NCBI GenBank assembly: GCA_944391005.1
Contig: CALXSB010000015.1
Span: 1 to 44,437 of the forward strand
Direction: 5' to 3'
DNA length: 44,437 nucleotides
Source: an uncultured Rickettsiales bacterium
GTDB taxonomy: Bacteria > Pseudomonadota > Alphaproteobacteria > Rickettsiales > UBA1997
The notes under the pieces are model-generated. The model did no database searches, was not told the origin of the DNA, and saw nothing but the letters and a program-made list of their open reading frames with translations. The number at the start of each line of letters is the position of its first letter. The first letter of the stretch is position 1. Positions 1-7,478 of the stretch are shown one piece after another. A program made the translations under genes and the position numbers.

Positions 1-441
1 AAAAGGAAAATGTGCGTGCCCATTATTTTTCTTTTTCATGTATTGATACAATTTTTGCGACGCAATAAATATAAAAGCTCCTAATAGGCTGCTAAATAAT
101 ATTGGGTCCATATATATGACATACAATATTACCTGTGGCGTATATACAACTTCTTTAATATATATAAAACCTATCATGGCAATAGAAATAAACATTATTA
201 GAGGATTTCTTCCCCTAAAATTCCAATTTTTTTTATCACAGAATAAAATAGTCCAATAGCCAATAATTGCCAATAGAGCACCGGCCCATAATCCAACTAT
301 TGAATCTTGAACGCCAAGCTTACGGGCTAGAGTTAGTGATGCACCAATTGCAATAGTGCAAACAGCACAGGCAGGATTGGCAAAAGAGGATTTTATTAGT
401 GCTAAAAAAGATAATGTAATAAATGAAATTATTTTAAGCAT
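1..441 (-). CDS. Partial (runs off the window start) membrane protein with signal-like N-terminus and CxxC motif
   Basis: Not in the ORF track. Translated by hand from ATG at 441: MLKIISFITLSFLALIKSSFANPACAVCTIAIGASLTLARKLGVQDSIVGLWAG...KKKNNGHAHFPF. Open to position 1 with several hydrophobic helices. Confidence 0.8.
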   Translation of the reverse strand, partial: MLKIISFITLSFLALIKSSFANPACAVCTIAIGASLTLARKLGVQDSIVGLWAGALLAIIGYWTILFCDKKNWNFRGRNPLIMFISIAMIGFIYIKEVVYTPQVILYVIYMDPILFSSLLGAFIFIASQKLYQYMKKKNNGHAHFPF

Positions 442-576
442 ATAATAAACTATATATATTATTAATAATATCTATTAATAATACTATATATTAAAATGTC
501 AATATATTTTTTGTTTGCAATTAAAATTTTTTAGTGTTTACTATAATAGATTTATAAACACTTTTACAGGTAGAAA

Positions 577-1239
577 ATGGAAGAAGATTTAAAGGTGGAA
601 AAACAGCTGCCAATTGAAACTATGAAAAAGGCCTATAGAGGTATAACCTATATAGCACATCCATTGCGTATGAGAATATTGGAATTTCTTGATGTCAACG
701 GCTCTTCTTCTGTCTCTCAGATAACTAAAGCTCTAGACGAAGATCAAATAATAGTATCTCAAAGTTTAAAAAAATTAAGGGATGCAAACCTTGTAAAAAC
801 TCAAAGAAAGGGCATATTTATATACTATAGTATAGACGAAGAATATCCAGCAAGCTTGTTTAAATGCATTAGAAAATTATATGGATACATGACAAACAAC
901 TTAAAATTTTTAATTGACGATCACAAGGAAATTTTGCCAACAGATTTTACAATTCTAGCTGCTAGCCGTGTAAAACTATTTGCTAATTTTGATAAAATGA
1001 GAATTTTAGAATATCTAATTATTAATGAAGAATGTTGTGTATCAAAGATAGCCGAAGGTGTTGGGCTTGAACAATTAAAGGTATCTCAATATTTAAAAAA
1101 ACTACTTGAAGATGGTTTTGTAAAATCCAGAAGAGATGGGCGTTTTGTTTATTATAAAATAACAAAAGGCGTTCATAGAACCGCATTAAAATGTATTCAT
1201 AAACGATATATTACTTTAAAAGATAAGAACTTATTTTAG
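577..1239 (+). CDS. ArsR/SmtB-family regulator with two tandem winged-HTH domains
   Basis: IAHPLRMRILEFL...VSQSLKKLRDANLVKTQRKGIFIYYSI repeated as FANFDKMRILEYL...VSQYLKKLLEDGFVKSRRDGRFVYYKI. Confidence 0.9.
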   Translation: MEEDLKVEKQLPIETMKKAYRGITYIAHPLRMRILEFLDVNGSSSVSQITKALDEDQIIVSQSLKKLRDANLVKTQRKGIFIYYSIDEEYPASLFKCIRKLYGYMTNNLKFLIDDHKEILPTDFTILAASRVKLFANFDKMRILEYLIINEECCVSKIAEGVGLEQLKVSQYLKKLLEDGFVKSRRDGRFVYYKITKGVHRTALKCIHKRYITLKDKNLF

Positions 1240-1329
1240 AATAATTAGTCAATCAAAATAATAATTATTAGATATAAAATAAACCCCATTTTATGAGGTT
1301 TAATATATTCAATAACTTTTTATTTAAAA

Positions 1330-1557
1330 TTAAAATTTAAAACCACCAAACTTTTTGTTAAATTTAGCAATTTGATCATCTTTAACATTAACGAAAGCTT
1401 GTTTGCCATCTTTCCATGCTGGATGATTATATGGATCTAAATCCAATACTATAACACTACCTTCTTTTCCGTAGCATGATTTTGTTTTAAATTCACCACC
1501 ATCTGTTGTTTTAACAATAATCATATGATAGTCTGGATGAATATCTTTTTTAGCCAT
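1330..1557 (-). CDS. rpmE: 50S ribosomal protein L31 (alphaproteobacterial, non-zinc type)
   Basis: MAKKDIHPDYH...LDLDPYNHPAW...KFNKKF. Confidence 0.97.
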   Translation of the reverse strand: MAKKDIHPDYHMIIVKTTDGGEFKTKSCYGKEGSVIVLDLDPYNHPAWKDGKQAFVNVKDDQIAKFNKKFGGFKF

Positions 1558-1744
1558 TTCAATTCCTAATATTTAATTTAATAAACTTTACAGTCTCCTA
1601 TTTTAAAACATTTATTTATTTAATCAAGAAAAAAATATATAAATAATAAAATTTTTCTAAATTGTTAAGCGGAACTAATAAATAAATTGACAATTTTCTA
1701 AAAAATTATACAATTATATATATTATAAATATTTTAAAAAATAG

Positions 1745-3037
1745 ATGAATTATAATATTTTTAATAAGAAGAATTATGCAACAAAAGAACGGGCAGAAAA
1801 TATTTCTCCAATTTTACCTGCATATTTAGTCCATAAAAGGTATATAGATCAAGACAGGGCATTTTTTGATAATATATTTACTGATTATGAATATAAAACA
1901 ATAATTGAACATTTAAAAACTGATGGTCAAAAACTAGACGGTAATGATTATGTATTTATAATATTAGCTTCCTATATGATAGGTGAAGATGATAGAATAT
2001 TTCTTAGAGATTATTTAATTGAAGCTGATAGAAAAAATGTGTTAAATTGCCATAACTATATTACCTTGATGAATGCAAGTGAAATGCTTAAAAATAAGAA
2101 ATTGTCAAAAGAATTTGCTGAATGGGCCTTTAATAAAAAAACTATAAATGAGGAAATTATATTAAGATTATTTAGCTATTTAAATGAAGAAAATAGATAT
2201 AGAGAGATAGGAGATAAAATAATTGCACTTACGCAAGATAATTTTTTTAATAATAGCACTAAATCTTTTGTAGAAAACATTTTTAAAATTGCTTTTGATT
2301 GTTCTCTTAAACTTTATGATTATAATAAGATTATCTATTTTGCAGATAAATTATCTTCAAAATTAGATTTAAATTCAAAACCTATGCAAAGATATATTGA
2401 AAAAATAATAAAAACAAATAAGCAATATGATTCTGTGAATATTATGAGTCTTCTCAATAAAATTGGTGCCTATAATTTGGTAATAAAGATTGGCCAAGAG
2501 TTGAATAATAAAAAGAATCTTAATGATTCTGAATATGCACAATTTTTACTCGCTTGCTATAAGAATGAAGACGATCTGCTTATAGATAGATTTTATAATT
2601 CAAAGGTAATAGATAAATATAAATATGAAAAGTTAATAGATGTTTTTTTTGAAGCTAAAGAATATGGTGCTGTAATAAAAATTTCTGATAATGCAATAGC
2701 GGAAAATAAGATAGCAAATGATTATATATATAATAAAATTTCTGAAGCCTATAGAAGAACAAATAATTTACACGAGTCAGAGTTAATAGAGCAAGAGCCC
2801 TATAATGATTATATTAAAGAAATTTTTGTAAGAGAAAAAAATTATGAAAGAGTTGTAAAAATTGCTTTAAATGCTGATTCTGTAGGAAAATTAAATGTTA
2901 TTGGCTATAATTATCTTAAATATTCTTTTAATAATTTAGACGATAGCGTTAAAGAAAAATATAAAAAACGTTTTAATGAACTATCAAAGAGATTTGAAGT
3001 AGATAAATCCTGCAATATAAAAAATAATTCAATATAA
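1745..3037 (+). CDS. Hypothetical alpha-helical (TPR/PPR-like) repeat protein
   Basis: 430-aa ORF with recurring Y..V(I/V)KI...(A/L)......N..Y units in the C-terminal half. Upstream TTGACA-16-TACAAT at 1687-1714. Confidence 0.6.
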   Translation: MNYNIFNKKNYATKERAENISPILPAYLVHKRYIDQDRAFFDNIFTDYEYKTIIEHLKTDGQKLDGNDYVFIILASYMIGEDDRIFLRDYLIEADRKNVLNCHNYITLMNASEMLKNKKLSKEFAEWAFNKKTINEEIILRLFSYLNEENRYREIGDKIIALTQDNFFNNSTKSFVENIFKIAFDCSLKLYDYNKIIYFADKLSSKLDLNSKPMQRYIEKIIKTNKQYDSVNIMSLLNKIGAYNLVIKIGQELNNKKNLNDSEYAQFLLACYKNEDDLLIDRFYNSKVIDKYKYEKLIDVFFEAKEYGAVIKISDNAIAENKIANDYIYNKISEAYRRTNNLHESELIEQEPYNDYIKEIFVREKNYERVVKIALNADSVGKLNVIGYNYLKYSFNNLDDSVKEKYKKRFNELSKRFEVDKSCNIKNNSI

Positions 3038-3155
3038 ATTATTAAAAAATATTTGTATATATTAAAATATTATTTTATTTATTAAAATAAAAAAAACTTG
3101 AAAATAAATCATTCAGTTTTTAACATTTTATAGTTCAATAAATTTAAATTCAAAT

Positions 3156-3851
3156 ATGAAAAATGAAACAGAGGAAAAAGTCCTAATATTACTAGGAAAA
3201 GCTGGTTGTGGAAAAGGAACGCAAAGTGAAATTTTAAAAAATAAATATAACCTATTTCACATTTCAACTGGTGATATTATAAGAGAAAATATAAAAAATG
3301 ACACTGAACTTGGTAAAAAAGTAAAAGAATATACTTCAAAAGGACAATTGGTGCCGGATGAAGTCGTTTGTGAAATTGTTTTAGACAAAGTTCATCAAAT
3401 AAGAGAAAATAATGAGGAAAACTATAATGGATTTATATTTGATGGTTTTCCAAGAACTTCTATACAATTAGATTTTTTAGCAAACGAAGTCTTAACTATC
3501 TCATCAAAAAGTTTTATCATAGATTATATTCTTGATGATGAAACAACTAAAAGTAGAATAAAAAATAGAGCAAAAGAGATGGGCGATAAGGCTAGAAAAG
3601 ACGATCTTGATGATAACATAATTCAAAATAGATTGGAAGAATATAATAAAAATCATTCTATTATTTTAGATACTTATAAAAAATATAGTGATAAAATATC
3701 TTTTATAAAAGTAGATGCTAGAGAAAATAAAGAAAGTATTTTTGAAGAAACTTGTAAATGCATTGATTCTTCAAGATATTTATCAGATATACATAATAAA
3801 AAAATTGAGAATAGTCTTAATAGCAAAAAATCATTATCATGTTGTTTATAG
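3156..3851 (+). CDS. adk: Adenylate kinase, short-LID type, with C-terminal extension
   Basis: GKAGCGKGTQ P-loop, HISTGDIIR, GQLVPD, FDGFPR, R.DD...I..RL..Y. Confidence 0.88.
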   Translation: MKNETEEKVLILLGKAGCGKGTQSEILKNKYNLFHISTGDIIRENIKNDTELGKKVKEYTSKGQLVPDEVVCEIVLDKVHQIRENNEENYNGFIFDGFPRTSIQLDFLANEVLTISSKSFIIDYILDDETTKSRIKNRAKEMGDKARKDDLDDNIIQNRLEEYNKNHSIILDTYKKYSDKISFIKVDARENKESIFEETCKCIDSSRYLSDIHNKKIENSLNSKKSLSCCL

Positions 3852-3858
3852 ATATTAT

Positions 3859-3883
3859 TATTGCAAGATTTTTTCTTGCAATA
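3859..3883. terminator. Probable bidirectional terminator between convergent adk and rel/spoT
   Basis: tattgcaaga-ttttt-tcttgcaata, perfect 10-bp stem. Confidence 0.65.
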
Positions 3884-3886
3884 TTT

Positions 3887-6031
3887 CTATATTACTTCTT
3901 TTATGCCGCTTATACTTCTTGCCAAAGATTTAAATCTATCCAATTCAAGTTCATTTTGAATTTCAATTTCTAATTCTATTTTTTGATAAAAATCTGTATT
4001 GCTTATTGTAGAAACATTTGCAATATTAATTTTTTTCTCAGCACATAAGTTGGCAAGTTTTGCAAGGATTCCAGGTGTATTGTCAAGTATTATTGTAAGT
4101 TTAGAATTATATCTATTATTTGTGTTTTTACTCCATTCTAGTTCAATAATTCTGTCATTTTTTATATTTTTTAAAACATTGCAATTCTTTTTATGAACAG
4201 TTATGCCAGTTCCGCTATTTATCACTCCAACTATTTCGTCCGGAGGAATTGGATAACAACATTTTGCGTATTTGTATGCTATATTTTTATCTAAACCTTC
4301 AATTCCAGTTGATTTATCTTTTTGATTTGTTATGGTTATTTTTAAAGATTTATCTTTTTGAAGTAAATTATTTTTAAAATATTTTTTTTGTAAGTTTGGA
4401 AATAGAATATTTATAATTTCTTTTTCTTTTATTTTTTCTTGTGCCACTAATGAATATATATCTTCTACAGATTTACCTTGATTAAACTTTCCTAAATTTT
4501 TTTTAATCATTTCATCAGTTATTGGAAGTTTTAACTTTTCAGATAAACTTTTAATGTCAGCACGTCCAATTTTTTCAAACTCTTCTTGTCTAGAATTTCT
4601 TATAACAGCTTTTATTTCGCTTTTTGCTTTACCGGTCTTTACAAAATTTAACCATTCTTCTTTAACTTGTATTGTTTTTGCGGTTAATATTTCAACATCA
4701 TCTCCACTATTTAAAGGTGTTCTTAATTGAGAGAGGACTCCATTTATTTTAACACCACAACAAGTATTTCCAATATCTCTGTGTATTGCGTATGCAAAGT
4801 CTATACCTGTTGAACCAATTGGAAGATTGATAATGTCGCCTTTTGGAGTATAACAAAAAATTTCATCTTCATATATTTCATATTTTAAGTCTTCAAAATT
4901 TTCAACTTCATAATTTGTGTTTTCTAAATTTTGTATTAATTCTCTTAAAACATTGTATTCTTGAAGATTATTTTCTCTTGATATATTTTGTTTATACATC
5001 CAATGTGATGCGACACCATATTCTGCTATTTTATTCATTTCTTCCGTTCTAATTTGAATTTCAATCTTAACATTTTTTGGTCCTATTATGACTAAATGTA
5101 TAGATTGATATCCATTTAATTTCGGTTTGTTTATATAATCTTTAAAAGTATTCGGAACCATTATATAATTTGAATTAATACATCCCAATGCTTTATAACA
5201 GTCCTGCATATTCTTTACTATAATACGAAAAGCTATTATATCTTTTAATTTTTCAAAAGATATTGATTTCTTTTGCATCTTTTTCCATATAGAATATGGT
5301 TTTTTTATTCTACCAATTATTGAGCAATCAATTTTATTTTCAAAAATTAACTTTAATTTAAGTTTTTTTAATATATCGTCTATTATATTTTTCTGATTTT
5401 TTGTAGCCTTTCTTGTATTTCTTAATATTTCTTCTCTTTCTACGGGGAATAACTCTTTAAAGCACAAATCTTCAAGTTTTAATTTTAGCTTATACATACC
5501 AATTCTTTCTGCTAATGGAACATATATTATTAATGTTTCGCTTGAAAATCTGTCTCTTCTTTCCTTTTCCTGCATTCCATTTATAGTTTCCATATTGTTA
5601 AGAACATCTAATAATTTTATTATTAGAATTCTTATATCTTTTGCAGTCGCTAAAATTAATTTTCTAAAATTCTCAATATTTTTTTCTGTCCGTGATGTTA
5701 GCTTCTTATTTTCTATTTTTGTTAAGCCATCAACTAAAAAAGCAACTTCTTTACCAAATATTTTAGCTATGTCATCTAGCGTTGTTTCTGTGTCCTCTAC
5801 TGTATCGTGCAATAATGCAGCTATTATACTGTTTTCGTCAAGTTTATATTCTGATGCTGAAATTGCTATGCTTAAAGGATGAATAAAATAAGGCTCGCCG
5901 CTATTGCGTTTTTGATTTTTATGAGCCTCTTTAGAAAAATTATAGGCCTTAATTAGTAGAGCATCATTTTTGATTTTTGTATTTTTTTTAATTGTTTCTA
6001 AAAATTCTGCTTCACTAATTATCATTTTCAA
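3887..6031 (-). CDS. spoT: Long RelA/SpoT homologue, (p)ppGpp synthetase/hydrolase (HD, SYNTH, TGS, ZFD, ACT)
   Basis: HKNQKRNSGEPYFIHP, LLHDTVEDT, GRIKKPYSI, KDYI..PK.NGYQSIH, EIQIRT, TPKG/DFAYAIH, AKCCYPIP. Directly downstream of rpoZ. Confidence 0.95.
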   Translation of the reverse strand: MKMIISEAEFLETIKKNTKIKNDALLIKAYNFSKEAHKNQKRNSGEPYFIHPLSIAISASEYKLDENSIIAALLHDTVEDTETTLDDIAKIFGKEVAFLVDGLTKIENKKLTSRTEKNIENFRKLILATAKDIRILIIKLLDVLNNMETINGMQEKERRDRFSSETLIIYVPLAERIGMYKLKLKLEDLCFKELFPVEREEILRNTRKATKNQKNIIDDILKKLKLKLIFENKIDCSIIGRIKKPYSIWKKMQKKSISFEKLKDIIAFRIIVKNMQDCYKALGCINSNYIMVPNTFKDYINKPKLNGYQSIHLVIIGPKNVKIEIQIRTEEMNKIAEYGVASHWMYKQNISRENNLQEYNVLRELIQNLENTNYEVENFEDLKYEIYEDEIFCYTPKGDIINLPIGSTGIDFAYAIHRDIGNTCCGVKINGVLSQLRTPLNSGDDVEILTAKTIQVKEEWLNFVKTGKAKSEIKAVIRNSRQEEFEKIGRADIKSLSEKLKLPITDEMIKKNLGKFNQGKSVEDIYSLVAQEKIKEKEIINILFPNLQKKYFKNNLLQKDKSLKITITNQKDKSTGIEGLDKNIAYKYAKCCYPIPPDEIVGVINSGTGITVHKKNCNVLKNIKNDRIIELEWSKNTNNRYNSKLTIILDNTPGILAKLANLCAEKKINIANVSTISNTDFYQKIELEIEIQNELELDRFKSLARSISGIKEVI

Positions 6032-6033
6032 AT

Positions 6034-6477
6034 TTATTTATCGTCAAAATCTTCGTCAGAAGAATCAATATCGTTGTCTAAATTATCATAATATTCTTCA
6101 TCTTCATCTTCGGAATCAATGTCTGAATCGTCATCATCACTTAAATCTTCATCATCTAAAGAATCATTAATATTGTCATCAATAGACATATCTGACTCTG
6201 AGTCTTTTTTGGAATCATAAACGGCACTATCATCAAAATTTTTAAATAAAGCTTGATTTTTAATACTATCTTGCAATTCCTTCTTTAACTGTTGAATATC
6301 CAATAAATTAGCTGCTATTTCTCTTAAAGCTATAACTGTATTTTTTTCTACTTTATTTGAAACATACAACTTTGGAGAACCATTCATTAACTGTTTTGCT
6401 CTATAACTAGCAATTAAAGATAATTCAAACCTATTTGGTATTATTTTTAAACAATCTTCAACTGTAACTGCTGCCAT
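6034..6477 (-). CDS. rpoZ: RNA polymerase omega subunit with acidic tail
   Basis: MAAVTVEDC...[19 protein letters not shown]; rpoZ-spoT synteny. Confidence 0.95.
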   Translation of the reverse strand: MAAVTVEDCLKIIPNRFELSLIASYRAKQLMNGSPKLYVSNKVEKNTVIALREIAANLLDIQQLKKELQDSIKNQALFKNFDDSAVYDSKKDSESDMSIDDNINDSLDDEDLSDDDDSDIDSEDEDEEYYDNLDNDIDSSDEDFDDK

Positions 6478-6560
6478 TTTTTACTATATTTATTAATAAT
6501 TAATTTTCTTTCTAGAGAATATAGTCTTTAATTATTTATTTCAAGTTTTTTTTAAAAAAT

Positions 6561-6596
6561 AAAATCATTGCTATTTTTAATAATAGCAATGATTTT
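6561..6596 (-). terminator. Intrinsic terminator after the Ulp1-like gene
   Basis: Perfect 15-bp inverted repeat aaaatcattgctatt / aatagcaatgatttt, 9 nt beyond the stop codon. Confidence 0.75.
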
Positions 6597-6605
6597 TATA
6601 TACTA

Positions 6606-7370
6606 TTAATATGTTCTACCAAAATTGTTTATTCTATTTCTTTTTATATATCTATGGATAAAACTATTTGATGAGTCGCTGTTTTCAAATTCTAGATTAA
6701 AATTTTCGTTTTGTTTATAATTTTTTGAAAATATTGTGCTTCTGGGATATAAATTTTTTATATCTGATATTTTTTTGTCATCTTCTATAAAATATTTTTT
6801 TGCTATTGAAAATGGAGCATTAATAGTATGGTATAAAATTTTAAAAGGCAATTTTACTGCTTGTTTTACTATGTTAATAGTTGCATTGACTAGTCTATTA
6901 TTTGTATTTATAAAATACTTGCTAGACTTTTTTGATTGTATAATATCTTCAGCATTATTTAAATTTACCATTGTGTATATTGCACAGTCATTTGTATATA
7001 CATTTTGTTGTGGGACATTAACTTCATAAACTTCACCATTTTTAAATTTCCAATTTACACATCCTGATAATGAATCCATTAGGTAAAATTTATCATCTTT
7101 TTTGTATAATGCAGCAAAATGGTTTGGGGAGTGCAAAATAATTTTATTTTTATTTATTTTTGACAAATCTATTTCAATATTTTCTTTTAATATTTCTCCA
7201 TAGATGTTTTGTGTATAATTATTTTGTTGAAAAAATTCTTCAATATTAAAGCCCCCACTTAATAAAATATCGCTGATATCTAAAAAATCATTTCTTCTTA
7301 ATCCTTGGTTAGTTTTAAATTCTTCAACAAAAAGATTTATTTGGTTATTGTATTCCTCATTATTAAACAT
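6606..7370 (-). CDS. Putative CE-clan (Ulp1/C48-like) cysteine protease, candidate deubiquitinase or deSUMOylase
   Basis: Ordered catalytic motifs NHF...YLMDSL...PQQN...NDCAIY, matching the H, D, oxyanion Q and C of the CE clan. Confidence 0.65.
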   Translation of the reverse strand: MFNNEEYNNQINLFVEEFKTNQGLRRNDFLDISDILLSGGFNIEEFFQQNNYTQNIYGEILKENIEIDLSKINKNKIILHSPNHFAALYKKDDKFYLMDSLSGCVNWKFKNGEVYEVNVPQQNVYTNDCAIYTMVNLNNAEDIIQSKKSSKYFINTNNRLVNATINIVKQAVKLPFKILYHTINAPFSIAKKYFIEDDKKISDIKNLYPRSTIFSKNYKQNENFNLEFENSDSSNSFIHRYIKRNRINNFGRTY

Positions 7371-7399
7371 AATTTTTTTAAAGTTGTCGATCTATAAAA

Positions 7400-7428
7400 A
7401 TTATATCAAAAAAATATGAACATGTCAA
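7400..7428 (-). promoter_or_regulatory. Consensus sigma70 promoter for the Ulp1-like gene
   Basis: Minus strand reads TTGACA-tgttcatatttttttga (17 nt)-TATAAT, with an extended -10 TG. Confidence 0.8.
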
Positions 7429-7478
7429 ATATATTTAATAAAAGCTTGATTTTTTCATAATAAAGAATAGCTTAATCT

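Noticed and set aside
6034-6210. D/E/S-rich low-complexity tail of RpoZ as a repeat element
   Set aside because: Acidic omega tails are common in Alphaproteobacteria; this is coding low complexity only.
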